A stretch of DNA of 18,640 nucleotides from Verrucomicrobiota bacterium (GCA_049510745.1 JBEKYR010000065.1:1-18640); one strand, 5' to 3'. Positions 1 to 9,677 are shown, counted from the stretch's first letter. The notes: generated from the letters alone by a model not told the origin. Translations and numbers: made by a program.

Positions 1-176
1 CGAAGCATCATTTGCCTTCGGCGCGCGGCGACGACGTTGTTCACCGTCTGAGCGGAGGGGCAAACCGGGGCGCCCTTGCTCAGCCGATGAACAACGTCGG
101 GGAAGCTATACGAGGATTTGGGTGTCCGCTTCGGGCTTGCGCGGGGGCGGGAACTCTGGTTAACTGGCGCCGTTCT

Positions 177-446
177 ATGCAACAACGGCGGCGACCATCT
201 TTGGGAGACACGCTCCTGGTCTGGGGTTTTTTGCTCTCGTTTGCCGGCTTGTTCGGCGCGGCCTGTTTCGAGGCGTTCAAGATTGTCGCGGTTATTCCGG
301 CCGCCTTTCAATCGTCACCTGTCGTCATGCGCTATCCGATGACGGCATCGGACGACGATTTCCCGCCCAATCAATCTGGCCGGACGAGACTGACCGCGCA
401 GCAACGCGCCCAACTCGCCGCGCGCGCCGCGCAGCAGCAGCGATAA
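177..446 (+). CDS. Small hypothetical membrane protein (about 89 aa)
   Basis: Part of ORF 12..446. From ATG 177 (MQQRRRPSLGDTLLVWGFLLSFAGLFGAACF...) there is a basic N-terminus followed by one hydrophobic segment. No family recognised; start uncertain. Confidence 0.4.
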   Translation: MQQRRRPSLGDTLLVWGFLLSFAGLFGAACFEAFKIVAVIPAAFQSSPVVMRYPMTASDDDFPPNQSGRTRLTAQQRAQLAARAAQQQR

Positions 447-661
447 TGTGTGTCAGGGGAATGATTTTCAGAGGAATGGAAAGAACAGTTTGAAGCACTA
501 TTCTCCGGCCAATCATTCCCGGCGCCAATCCGAGTTCAACCCGCCAAAAACCGTGATGCCCTGGGGACAGGTGAAAATGCCTTTGACTTTCCGGCGGCAA
601 TCCAGATTGTGACTGCGGGCGGCAAAGAGGCCGCGCCACCACCGATCATCGCAGCGGTTCC

Positions 662-2524
662 ATGCCAGTGTCATCGCCCAGCATCAAATCCAGCCGCGAG
701 TACCCCGCCGGGGAACTCGTGCGGCGCCTGACTGCCCTGGCCTGGCAGTATCGCGCCGACTTCCTGCTTTCCCTGGGTCTGAGCGTGGTCTTGCTCGTGC
801 TTGGGCTGATTGGCTTGCAGTTGTTGGGCGTGGTCATCGATGTCATCCGCCACGCGCTGGATGCCTCGCAGCGGGCGCCGCAATATCCCTTTGGCTGGAG
901 GCCGCCCGCCGGCTGGCCGCCGCTGCAAATTGTCACCGTGCTCTCGCTGGCCATCGTCGCGCAGGCGCTGCTTCGCGCCGGGCTGACTTTCGCTTTCAAC
1001 CTGACCACCGCCCGGCTGACGCAGGGCGAAATTGTGCCGGATTTGCGCGACCGCCTTTACGCCCGGTTGCAGCGGCTCAGTTTCCGCTTCTTTGACGTGC
1101 ATGGCTCCAGCTCGATCTTCAATCGCGTGACCGGCGACGTGCAGAACACCCGCTTGTTTGTCGATGGCGTCCTGTTGCAGGGGCTGAACATGATTCTGAC
1201 TCTGGGCGCTTACGGGATTTTCATGTGGCGCATTCATCCGGCGCTGACGCTGGCCTGCCTTTCCGTCGCCGTGCCGCTCTGGGGGGTCACTCACTACTTT
1301 TCGGGGCGGCTCCGCCCGGCGTATCTGCGCAACCGCGAACTGTCCGACAACCTGGTGCAATTGTTCACCGAAAGCGTGCGCGGCATGCAGACCATCAAAG
1401 GGTTCGCCGCCGAGCCGCATCAAATCCGCCGCTTTGCGGACGCCAACGGGATGGTTTCGACGCAGCAACGGCGCATTTTCCGGGACCTCTCGGTCTTCAC
1501 GTTCTCCACGCAGTTGCTCTCGCAGTTGAGCCTGGTGGTTTTGTTCAGCTACGGCGGCTGGCTTTACGTGCAGGGCCAAATCCCGCTGGGCGCGGGCCTG
1601 GTGGTCTTCGCCGGCCTGCTGCAACAGTTCAACGGCCAGGTGGCCAACATCACCAACATCGCCAATTCCGTCCAGCAAAGCCTGGCGGCGGCCCGCCGCG
1701 TTTTTGAAGTGCTCGACATGCCGCTGGGCGTGGAAAGCAAGCCGGGCGCCATTGTGCCCAAGTCCCTGACGGGCCGGATTGTCTTCGAGAACGTCACTTT
1801 TGGTTACAACGCCGCCGAGCCGGTCTTGCGCGACGTTTCTTTCGAGGCCCAACCGGGCCAGGTCATCGGCATCTTCGGCATGACCGGCGCGGGCAAAAGC
1901 TCGCTGCTCGGTTTGATTCCGCGCTTCTACGATCCGCAACGAGGCCGCATCCTGGCCGACGGCCTCGATTTGCGCGACCTGGACCTGGACGCCTACCGGC
2001 GGCAGATCGGCATTGTCTATCAGGAGAGCTTTCTCTTCTCCAACACGGTCAGCGCCAACATCGCCTTTGGCAGCCCGCACGCCACGCGGGAGCAGATCGA
2101 GCGGGCGGCGCGCACCGCCTGCGCCCATGACTTCATCACCGCGCTGCCGTTCGGTTATGCGACCGTACTGGGGGAATCCGGCGTGGACCTCTCGGGCGGC
2201 CAGCGCCAGCGCCTCTCGCTGGCCCGCGCTTTGTTGCCCGCCCCGCCCGTGCTCATCCTGGACGATCCGACCGCATCGGTGGATGCCAGGACCGAGAACG
2301 AAATCCTTGCCGCCTTGCGCGCGGCCATGGCGGGGCGCACCGCCTTCGTCGTCTCCAGCCGCCTGAATCTGCTCCGCCGGGCCGATGTCATCCTGGTGCT
2401 GGACGATGGCCGGCTGGTGCAAACGGGCACGCATGAGCAACTGGCCCATTGTCCCGGCCCGTATCACGAAACCGCCCTGTTGCAGTTGATGGACCTGGGC
2501 GAAACCGAAGGGAGGGCGGCATGA
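662..2524 (+). CDS. ABC exporter, fused permease/ATP-binding subunit (MsbA/TM287-like half-transporter, degenerate NBD)
   Basis: 620 aa; N-terminal TM domain, Walker A GMTGAGKS, Q-loop VYQE, signature LSGGQ. Walker B is LILDD (no catalytic Glu) and the switch region is SSRL (no His). Confidence 0.93.
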   Translation: MPVSSPSIKSSREYPAGELVRRLTALAWQYRADFLLSLGLSVVLLVLGLIGLQLLGVVIDVIRHALDASQRAPQYPFGWRPPAGWPPLQIVTVLSLAIVAQALLRAGLTFAFNLTTARLTQGEIVPDLRDRLYARLQRLSFRFFDVHGSSSIFNRVTGDVQNTRLFVDGVLLQGLNMILTLGAYGIFMWRIHPALTLACLSVAVPLWGVTHYFSGRLRPAYLRNRELSDNLVQLFTESVRGMQTIKGFAAEPHQIRRFADANGMVSTQQRRIFRDLSVFTFSTQLLSQLSLVVLFSYGGWLYVQGQIPLGAGLVVFAGLLQQFNGQVANITNIANSVQQSLAAARRVFEVLDMPLGVESKPGAIVPKSLTGRIVFENVTFGYNAAEPVLRDVSFEAQPGQVIGIFGMTGAGKSSLLGLIPRFYDPQRGRILADGLDLRDLDLDAYRRQIGIVYQESFLFSNTVSANIAFGSPHATREQIERAARTACAHDFITALPFGYATVLGESGVDLSGGQRQRLSLARALLPAPPVLILDDPTASVDARTENEILAALRAAMAGRTAFVVSSRLNLLRRADVILVLDDGRLVQTGTHEQLAHCPGPYHETALLQLMDLGETEGRAA

Positions 2525-4386
2525 GCCAGCCGTCGCCGCCCTCCGCCAGCCCGCCGCGCGCCCTGTCCGCCCTGGAGCACGACCGCGAGGCGATCACCTT
2601 CTTTCATCCCTACGACGACCGCGAGGCGGACCAGGCGCCGCTGCAACTGTCACTGGTGCGGCGGATTTTCAGCTACACCCGGCCGCACGCGGCGAAGCGG
2701 AACTGGTTGTTCGTCTTGACATGCGCCCGCGGGCTGCAATTGCCCGCCCTGGCCTGGATGATCGGCCGCACCATCAACGGCCCCATCGCCGGCAAGGACT
2801 GGCCCGGCATCCAGCTTCACGCCGCCGTTTACCTCGGCTTGACCCTGGTGATGGTGGCGACGCTTTTTTTCCGCCAGCGCTTCGCCCTGGAAATGGGCGA
2901 GGCGGTGGTGCATGACATGCGCTCGGACCTGTTCCGCAAGCTGGCCACGCTGCCCATGTCGTTTTTCAACCAGACCAAGTTCGGCCGCATCATCAGCCGC
3001 ATGACGTCGGACATCGACAACATCCGCATCGGCGTGCAGGACGTGGCGTTTGTCTTGACAGTGCAGGGATGCCAGATGGCGGGGGCGGCGGTCTTGATGC
3101 TGTGGTATGATTGGAAACTTTTCGCCGTCATGCTCCTGCTGGTCCCGATGATCTGGCTGATCAACGAGCATTACCGGCGCGAGATGAGTTCGCGGCTGCG
3201 CAAAGTGCAGGAATCCTGGAGCCGCCTCAGCTCGACCCTCGCCGAATCCGTCGGCGGCATCCGGGAGACGCAGGCCTTTGTGCGCCAGGAAATCAACGCC
3301 GGTTTCTTTCGCAAATTGCTCACCGTGCATGGTGACAACAACCTCGGCGTGGCGCGGGCCTCGGCGGTGTTTGTGCCGTTGTTGCAGATGAAGAGCCAGT
3401 TGTTTCTCGGCGTCATGGCGCTGCTGGGCGGCTACGGGGCGTTGCGCTGGCACGGCTGGGCGCACATGGAAGTCGGGGACCTGGTCATGTTTTTCTTTCT
3501 CGCCAACTTGTTTTTCGAGCCGGTCCAGGTCATTGGCGACCGCTATAACCAGGCCCTCACCGCCATGGCCGGCGCCGAACGGCTCTTCCGCCTGCTCGAC
3601 CAGGAACCCGAATGGCGCGATGCCCCCGCCGCCAAACCCCTGCCCCCGGTGCGCGGCCGCGTCGCTTTCGAGTCGGTCTGTTTCCAGTACCAGCCGGGCC
3701 GGCCGGTTTTGTCGGACGTTTCGTTTGCGGTTGAACCCGGCCAGACGGTGGCGCTGGTCGGCCACACCGGCAGCGGCAAAACCACCATCGCCGCCCTGCT
3801 GCAAAAACTTTATCTGCCCACCCGGGGGCGCGTGTGCATCGACGGAATCGACCTTCTGGACGTGACCAGCCAATCGCTCCACGCGCAAATGGGCACCGTG
3901 CAACAGAACAATTTTCTCTTCTCCGGGTCGATCATCGACAACATCCGGTTTGCCCGGCCCGACGCGACCGAAGCCGAGGTGCGCCAGACCTTGCGGGCGC
4001 TGGATTGCCTGGACTTGATCGAGGCGCTGCCCGGCGGACTGGGGCACGAGGTGGGCGAGAAGAGCGCCGCGTTGTCGCTGGGGCAGCGGCAACTGGTCTG
4101 TTTCGCCCGCGCCATGCTGGCCGATCCGCGCATCGTCGTGCTGGACGAGGCGACCAGCGCCATCGACACCCTCACCGAAACGCGCCTGCAACGGGCCTTG
4201 GAGGTTTTGTTGCGGGGGCGGACGGCCTTTGTCGTCGCGCACCGTTTGAGCACGATGCGCAAGGCGGACCTGGTTTTGGTTCTGGAGCACGGGCGCATCG
4301 TCGAGCGCGGCACGCACCGGAGCCTGTTGCGCAGCGCCGGCGTCTATGCCCGCCTCCACGCGGAATTCATCGGGGCGAATGATTGA
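2521..4386 (+). CDS. ABC exporter, fused permease/ATP-binding subunit (TM288-like partner)
   Basis: ATG 2521 overlaps the upstream stop (ATGA) and follows GGAGG at 2511-2515. Walker A GHTGSGKT, signature LSLGQ, Walker B VVLDE, D-loop SAID, switch AHRL. Confidence 0.93.
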   Translation: MSQPSPPSASPPRALSALEHDREAITFFHPYDDREADQAPLQLSLVRRIFSYTRPHAAKRNWLFVLTCARGLQLPALAWMIGRTINGPIAGKDWPGIQLHAAVYLGLTLVMVATLFFRQRFALEMGEAVVHDMRSDLFRKLATLPMSFFNQTKFGRIISRMTSDIDNIRIGVQDVAFVLTVQGCQMAGAAVLMLWYDWKLFAVMLLLVPMIWLINEHYRREMSSRLRKVQESWSRLSSTLAESVGGIRETQAFVRQEINAGFFRKLLTVHGDNNLGVARASAVFVPLLQMKSQLFLGVMALLGGYGALRWHGWAHMEVGDLVMFFFLANLFFEPVQVIGDRYNQALTAMAGAERLFRLLDQEPEWRDAPAAKPLPPVRGRVAFESVCFQYQPGRPVLSDVSFAVEPGQTVALVGHTGSGKTTIAALLQKLYLPTRGRVCIDGIDLLDVTSQSLHAQMGTVQQNNFLFSGSIIDNIRFARPDATEAEVRQTLRALDCLDLIEALPGGLGHEVGEKSAALSLGQRQLVCFARAMLADPRIVVLDEATSAIDTLTETRLQRALEVLLRGRTAFVVAHRLSTMRKADLVLVLEHGRIVERGTHRSLLRSAGVYARLHAEFIGAND

Positions 4387-4448
4387 CACGAATGGGGTTT
4401 ATCCGATGCCACCCGCCGGCCTGAAATTTCTTACACCTGTTCTGATGC

Positions 4449-4477
4449 TTGCCCGGCGGGCGGCGAAGGGGCAGACT
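4449..4477 (+). promoter_or_regulatory. Possible sigma-70-type promoter for lpxK
   Basis: TTGCCC-17 nt-CAGACT just upstream of ATG 4489; weak match to consensus. Confidence 0.25.
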
Positions 4478-4488
4478 ATGCCTTCTAC

Positions 4489-5661
4489 ATGCGCCAAACA
4501 ATTCGAGCGTGGATCGAGGCGATTGAAACGCCGTTTTTGGAAACCATCTTCGAGCAGCGCCGCGGCAAGCGCGCGGCCCTGGCGCGTTCCCTCTTGTTCG
4601 GCTTGTCCAAGGTCTATCAATTCGGCCTCAAAATCCACCGCTTCTGCATCCGGGTCCGGTTGTTCCGCGATTCGACCCTCGGCATCCAGGTCATCGCCAT
4701 CGGCAACCTCACCTTTGGCGGCACCGGCAAAACGCCGGTGGTTGAAAAATTCGCGCGCGAACTGCAAAAACAGGGCCGCACCGTCGCCATTCTCTCCCGC
4801 GGCTACCGTTCCAAACCGCAGCCTTTGGCCGAGGTGCTCCTCAACAAGTTGCTCCTGCGCGAGGACACCACCCCGCCGCGCGTGGTCTCCGACGGCAAAT
4901 CGCTCCTCCTGGATTCCGACACGGCCGGGGACGAGCCTTACATGCTGGCCTCCAATCTCAAGGACGTCGTCGTGCTGGTGGACAAGAACCGCGTCAAAAG
5001 CGGACGCTACGCCATCGAGCGTTTCGGCTGCGACACCCTTCTGCTGGACGACGGGTTTCAGTACTGGCGGCTGGCCGGGCGGCGGCAGGACGTGGTGCTG
5101 GTCGATTGCCAGCAACCGTTCGGCAACGAACATTTGTTCCCGCGCGGCACCTTGCGCGAGCCGCCTTCCCACCTGGCCCGCGCCAGCGTTGTTTTCATCA
5201 CCAAGAGCGACGGCCGGACCGGCCTCCTGCGCGAGCGCATTGCCCGCTACAATAAAAGCGCCGGCATCATCGAATGCATTCACGCGCCGCTCTACTTCGA
5301 GGACGTGTTCACCGGGGAACGCCGGGACCTGGATTTCTTGCGCGGCAAACGCGTCGCCTCCCTCAGCGGCATCGCCCAGCCGGAGAGCTTCGAGCAAAGC
5401 CTGGTGAAGTTGTGCCGCGAGCTGGTTTATTCCAAACGCTTCGCCGATCATCACCGCTTCACCCAGCAGGAGATTTTAAACGCCATCAACCGCGGCAAAA
5501 AGCGCCAGGCCGAGATCATCGTCACCACCCAAAAGGACGCGGTGCGCTTTCCCAAACTGGACCGCCGCGACCTGCCCATTTATTTCATGCGCGTGGAAAT
5601 TAAAATCCTCAGCGGCGCCCAGGATTTCGACGAATGCGTGCGCAAAATCTGCCTCCGCTGA
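4489..5661 (+). CDS. lpxK: Tetraacyldisaccharide 4'-kinase
   Basis: Motifs VIAIGNLTFGGTGKTP, ILSRGY, GDEP, LLDDGFQ, PRGTLREP, FADHHRF and TTQKDAVR are characteristic of LpxK. Confidence 0.96.
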   Translation: MRQTIRAWIEAIETPFLETIFEQRRGKRAALARSLLFGLSKVYQFGLKIHRFCIRVRLFRDSTLGIQVIAIGNLTFGGTGKTPVVEKFARELQKQGRTVAILSRGYRSKPQPLAEVLLNKLLLREDTTPPRVVSDGKSLLLDSDTAGDEPYMLASNLKDVVVLVDKNRVKSGRYAIERFGCDTLLLDDGFQYWRLAGRRQDVVLVDCQQPFGNEHLFPRGTLREPPSHLARASVVFITKSDGRTGLLRERIARYNKSAGIIECIHAPLYFEDVFTGERRDLDFLRGKRVASLSGIAQPESFEQSLVKLCRELVYSKRFADHHRFTQQEILNAINRGKKRQAEIIVTTQKDAVRFPKLDRRDLPIYFMRVEIKILSGAQDFDECVRKICLR

Positions 5662-5663
5662 AC

Positions 5664-6746
5664 ATGTCCCCCCCGCAAAGCATTTTGGTGCGCGGCGTCA
5701 ACTGGCTGGGCGACGCGGTCATGACGACGCCGGCGCTGCTGCGCCTGCGCCAGGCCCGGCCCGGCGCGCGCCTGACCCTGCTGGCGCCGGAAAAACTGGC
5801 GGGCCTGTGGGAAGGCCAGCCGTTTGTCGATGAAGTGCTGGCGTTCTCCCCCTCCGAAACCCTCTGGCACGTCAGCCGGCGCCTGCGGGAGAAACGCTTC
5901 ACAACCGGCGTCGCCTTTCCCAATTCCCTGCGGGCGGCGCTGGAGTTGTGGCTGGCGGGAATCCCGGAGCGGATTGGCGCCGCGCGGCCGGGCCGAGGAT
6001 TCTTCTTGACTAAATCGGTCGCTCCGCCTCCGGGCGCCGTCATGATGCGCAAACGTTCGCCGCGCGAGATTCAGCGGCTCCTGGCCCGCGCAACCCCCCC
6101 GCCGGCGATTCCGGCGGAGGCGCACCACGTTTATCATTATCTGCATTTGGCCGGCGCGTTGGACGCTTCGACCGAGCCGCTGGCGCCGCGCCTGGAAGTT
6201 GCCGAAGAACAAATGGACGAAGTCCGCCGGAAATTCGGCTTGGCGCGCGAGGGCGGCGGCCCGTGGTTCGGGTTGATTCCCGGGGCCGAATACGGTCCGG
6301 CCAAACGCTGGCCCCCCGAACGCTTTGTCGCGGCGGCGGCGGCCTTGCGCCAAAAGACCCAATGCCGCTGGGTCCTCTTTGGCGGCGCGGGGGACTGTGA
6401 TTTGGCGGGGCGGATCGCCCGCGACATCCCCGGCGCGGCCCTCAACCTGGCCGGCAAGACCACCCTGCGCGAGCTGGCGGCCGCGCTGAAAATCTGCAAC
6501 CTGGTATTGACAAACGACACCGGCCCGATGCATCTGGCGGCGGCGGTGGGCGCGCCGGTCGTGGCCGTATTTGGAAGCACCTCGCCGGAGCTGACCGGCC
6601 CGCTCTTTTCCCCGCGGGCGCAAATCGTGCGCCAGCCCGTTCCCTGCGCCCCCTGTTTCCGGCGCCAATGTCCGATCGACCTCCGTTGTCTGCGCGGCAT
6701 CCCGCCTGAATCGGTGGTCGAAGCCGCCCTGCGCCGCGGGCCATGA
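5664..6746 (+). CDS. waaF: Lipopolysaccharide heptosyltransferase II (GT9)
   Basis: ATG 5664, 2 nt after the lpxK stop. Motifs NWLGDAVM, PGAEYGPAKRWP, NLAGKTTL, NDTGPMHLAAA, FGST and C-terminal CAPCFRRQCP...C. Confidence 0.9.
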   Translation: MSPPQSILVRGVNWLGDAVMTTPALLRLRQARPGARLTLLAPEKLAGLWEGQPFVDEVLAFSPSETLWHVSRRLREKRFTTGVAFPNSLRAALELWLAGIPERIGAARPGRGFFLTKSVAPPPGAVMMRKRSPREIQRLLARATPPPAIPAEAHHVYHYLHLAGALDASTEPLAPRLEVAEEQMDEVRRKFGLAREGGGPWFGLIPGAEYGPAKRWPPERFVAAAAALRQKTQCRWVLFGGAGDCDLAGRIARDIPGAALNLAGKTTLRELAAALKICNLVLTNDTGPMHLAAAVGAPVVAVFGSTSPELTGPLFSPRAQIVRQPVPCAPCFRRQCPIDLRCLRGIPPESVVEAALRRGP

Positions 6747-6832
6747 CGCCGGCGATGGGCGCCTCCCGGTGTTGGCAACCCTGTGGACAACGAGAGATCA
6801 TGGTTTAGCAGGATGCGCGCGCGCGGGTTGGC

Positions 6833-8272
6833 TCACCCCACCCGGATTCCGTACGGCTCGCGCGGCGTTCGAGTCAAGAGATAATTTGCCTGCTTGTTTT
6901 CGATGAACTTGGAGTTGGCCGGGTTCATTTTCAGGACCGCCCCCAGCGTGGCGGGAGTCTTCTCCAGGTCCACGTTGTTGGCGGCCAAATGTTCGGACAG
7001 CCGCTGGAAGGTCGGCAGCGCGTCGCGGTCGCCTTTGATCTGTTCGCGGATGGCGTCCGGGGATTGCCAGCTTCCCAGACGGTAGGAGATGTTTGCGGTA
7101 TGGCAGAGGGCGGAGGAGAGATGGCCCTGGAGGATGGGGGCGTTGAGAACGCTCTCGTTGCGGCTGCGCACGGCCTCGATGAAGTTCTCGAAATGACTGG
7201 AAGCCCCCGTAAAACGCCTGATTTCCTTGCCGGCTTTGTCAAAGGCGGTGGCGCTCATGTAATCGGACACCAGCACGTGGCCGCCTTCGCATTCGACGAC
7301 CACGCCGACTTTCGCCCCTTTGTAATTGTCCATCTCGCGGGAGCCGGCCTTTTCCGGCAGTCCGCGAACTTCGATGAGGAGGGGCGCTTTGACGTAATCG
7401 TGGAAGACAACCAGGGTGTTGGGCGTCTCGCCGTCATCGACGTAACCGAAGCGGCTGCCGAGCGCCAGGACGCGCGGGGAGAGCACTTGTTCACCGAGAA
7501 ACCACCGGGCAACGTCCGTTTCGTGGATGGCCTGGTTGCCGACCTCGCCGGCGCCGTAATCCCAAAACCAATGCCAGTCATAGTGAAACTGCCGCCGGCG
7601 CGGCGGTGTCAAGGGCGCCGGCCCGCACCACAGATCGTAATCGACGCTGGCGGGGACGGCTTGCGGCCCGTCGGCTTTGCCGATGCTGGGGCGCGGTTTG
7701 TAGCAGAGCGCCCTGGCGACGAGGATTCTTCCCAAATTGCCCTGATGCACCCACGCGACGGCTTCCTTGAGGCCGGAACTGGAGCGGGACTGGGTGCCGG
7801 CCTGGACAATCTTCTCGTAGCGCCGGGCCGCCTGGACCATTTTTTCCCCTTCCCAGACATTGTGGGAGACGGGCTTTTCAACGTAAACGTGCTTGCCGGC
7901 CTGGAGACCCCAGACCGTGGCCAGAGCGTGCCAATGATTGGGGGTGGCAATGGAAATGGCATCGACATTTTTGCTGGCCAAAAGTTTGCGAATATCGGTG
8001 TAGGTTTCGACCTTCGGGCCATCCTTTTCGAGGCGTCCCAGTTCGGCCTCGATCACTTTGCTGTCCACGTCGCACAAGGCCGTCAACCGGACGCCTTTGG
8101 TCTTGAGCCAGGAACTGATATGCGAGCGGCCACGCCCGTTAAAGCCGACGACCGCGACGCGGATGTCTTCATTGGCCCCCGGAACTTGCGCCCAGGATCG
8201 GGCGGCGAAACCCATGACGCCCGCGGCGAGGGCGGATCGCTTCAGGAAGGTGCGGCGTGTCATGTTGCTCAT
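6833..8272 (-). CDS. Tat-exported Gfo/Idh/MocA family oxidoreductase
   Basis: Twin-arginine signal TRRTFLK, Rossmann motif VAVVGFNGRG, ATPNHWH, HVYVEKP, YDLWCGPAP, WHWFWDYG and GNQAIHETD. Confidence 0.93.
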   Translation of the reverse strand: MSNMTRRTFLKRSALAAGVMGFAARSWAQVPGANEDIRVAVVGFNGRGRSHISSWLKTKGVRLTALCDVDSKVIEAELGRLEKDGPKVETYTDIRKLLASKNVDAISIATPNHWHALATVWGLQAGKHVYVEKPVSHNVWEGEKMVQAARRYEKIVQAGTQSRSSSGLKEAVAWVHQGNLGRILVARALCYKPRPSIGKADGPQAVPASVDYDLWCGPAPLTPPRRRQFHYDWHWFWDYGAGEVGNQAIHETDVARWFLGEQVLSPRVLALGSRFGYVDDGETPNTLVVFHDYVKAPLLIEVRGLPEKAGSREMDNYKGAKVGVVVECEGGHVLVSDYMSATAFDKAGKEIRRFTGASSHFENFIEAVRSRNESVLNAPILQGHLSSALCHTANISYRLGSWQSPDAIREQIKGDRDALPTFQRLSEHLAANNVDLEKTPATLGAVLKMNPANSKFIENKQANYLLTRTPREPYGIRVG

Positions 8273-8329
8273 AATGGATGTCGCATAACTGACGCTGAGA
8301 GGCCGGGTTTATTCGATTGGCTTCGATCT

Positions 8330-9319
8330 TCAATGCCGGGCGGGCTTTGACCGGGCATATTCCTGGTAATGTTCGGCCACGCGGGCTTGCGCCTCGTTGC
8401 CCCGGTGATAGTAAAAGCGGTAACGAAAGGTGATGTTCTGGCCGGCGGGAAGGGTGTAGTCGCCGGTTCCCTTTGGCTTTTTCTCGAAGTCGTGGATGCC
8501 AAAGGGATTGGCCGCAAAAAGGCCATAGTCCCTGACATGCCACCAGGTGGGGTGGCGGAGGTTGTCCGGGTGATCGAAAATGGCGACTCCCACCGTTTTC
8601 CCGCCGACCGGCCCGTAATAGTCGCACCAATCGGCCTGTTTTCCCCAGGTCTCCCCGTCGCGCAGGCCGGTGGATAGTACAATGTGTCCGTCCCCCGGCT
8701 GCTTGTTTCGGTCCTGCAGGCGCATGGTTTCGGCGACGCGCGTCGCAATGGTGCCGTCCTTGTCGTCGCCAAACACCACCGGTTTGTCGGCCGGAGCCTG
8801 GAAGGTGATCTCGAAGTCCAACAGGCGCTCATCGTCCGGCCGGTTGTAAATCCGAATCGTGCGGACCTCACTGCAAACCAAGGCGCCATCCGGGGCGACC
8901 CAGTTGTTTTGCTCGACAATCGCGCCCGATTTCTTGCCGGACTGAATCTGGAGGAATTTCTGATGGTCAATTTTGCATTTTTTGCCGTCCGTCCAAAAAT
9001 CAAGGCCGTCGATGTTGGAATGAGCGTACCAAAGGCCGCGGTGATGGGGGTGATCGTGCCCCTCGTTGGTGGTCTGTTCCAGCGGCCATTTTCGCGTCAT
9101 GGCCAGTTCATCCGGGCCGAGGACGGGATAGAAATAGGGGCGGGGCACGTCTTTGTAGTGGTATTCGGTGAACAGTTGGCCGTTGATTTCGACGCGCAGT
9201 TTGCCGTCAAGCTGCGAAATCTGGACGCCCTGGCCGGTGCCCGATTGGGTGGAACAGCCGGCCAGGATTCCCAAGCAGAAACAGGCCAGACCAGCGGTTG
9301 AACAAGCCTTCGAGCGCAT
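8330..9319 (-). CDS. PmoA-family/DUF6807-like lipoprotein
   Basis: Start taken at ATG 9319 (MRSKACSTAGLACFCLGILAGC), lipobox LAGC. Motifs RPYFYPV, DHPHHRGLW, FDHPDN, WHVRDYGLFAANPFG recalled as typical of this family. Confidence 0.8.
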   Translation of the reverse strand: MRSKACSTAGLACFCLGILAGCSTQSGTGQGVQISQLDGKLRVEINGQLFTEYHYKDVPRPYFYPVLGPDELAMTRKWPLEQTTNEGHDHPHHRGLWYAHSNIDGLDFWTDGKKCKIDHQKFLQIQSGKKSGAIVEQNNWVAPDGALVCSEVRTIRIYNRPDDERLLDFEITFQAPADKPVVFGDDKDGTIATRVAETMRLQDRNKQPGDGHIVLSTGLRDGETWGKQADWCDYYGPVGGKTVGVAIFDHPDNLRHPTWWHVRDYGLFAANPFGIHDFEKKPKGTGDYTLPAGQNITFRYRFYYHRGNEAQARVAEHYQEYARSKPARH

Positions 9320-9447
9320 TGATTCTCGATTTTGCAAGGGGGATGCCGCCGTTTCCAGCAAATTATTCCGGTCGTCTGTCCTGGAATGAGACAGGCCCGT
9401 CCAAAAAACCAGCACCCGATACCGGTGAAAAAAGGGGAAACCACTGG

Positions 9448-9534
9448 TGGTGCCGACGGAGGGGGTCGAACCCACACGGCCTTTCGGCCACTAGATTTTG
9501 AGTCTAGCGCGTCTGCCAATTCCGCCACATCGGC
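9448..9534 (-). tRNA. tRNA-Leu (anticodon CAA)
   Basis: Reverse complement GCCGATGTGGCGGAATTGGCAGACGCGCTAGACTCAAAATCTAGTGGCCGAAAGGCCGTGTGGGTTCGACCCCCTCCGTCGGCACCA: acceptor stem, anticodon stem CTAGA/TCTAG with CAA, long variable arm, TTCGA loop, encoded CCA. Confidence 0.97.
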
Positions 9535-9549
9535 CAAACCAGGGGACAG

Positions 9550-9577
9550 AGGGTAGCAGAAGGGATTCTCGGAGCAA
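9550..9577 (-). promoter_or_regulatory. Probable sigma-70 promoter of tRNA-Leu
   Basis: Minus strand TTGCTC-16 nt-TACCCT with an extended -10 TG; lies between the pilin terminator and the tRNA. Confidence 0.4.
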
Positions 9578-9603
9578 GCAGATTGCTCGGCGAAGAGGAA
9601 AAT

Positions 9604-9637
9604 AAAAAAGGCTTGGGAATTGTCCCAAGCCTTTTTT
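9604..9637 (-). terminator. Intrinsic terminator after the last pilin gene
   Basis: Perfect inverted repeat AAAAAAGGCTTGGGA-attg-TCCCAAGCCTTTTTT with A/T tracts on both sides, so potentially bidirectional. Confidence 0.88.
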
Positions 9638-9677
9638 GCGGGCCGCGCTCCCGAAGGAATCGCGGCAGAATCAAGCT

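Noticed and set aside
583..611. TTGACT as the -35 box for the ABC operon
   Set aside because: No convincing -10 hexamer at 16-18 nt spacing.
671..5454. Long antisense ORFs 671..2467, 2650..4389 and 4399..5454 (also 6989..8350 and 16448..18295)
   Set aside because: Shadow frames opposite well-supported genes, expected with high-GC codon usage; no recognisable motifs.
9448..9534. tRNA-Leu as the attachment site of an island
   Set aside because: No second copy of the tRNA 3' end and no integrase seen in the window.
9320..9537. N-terminal extension of the lipoprotein ORF to 9475, and ORF 9097..9537
   Set aside because: Both overlap the tRNA; ATG 9319 gives a proper lipoprotein signal peptide.
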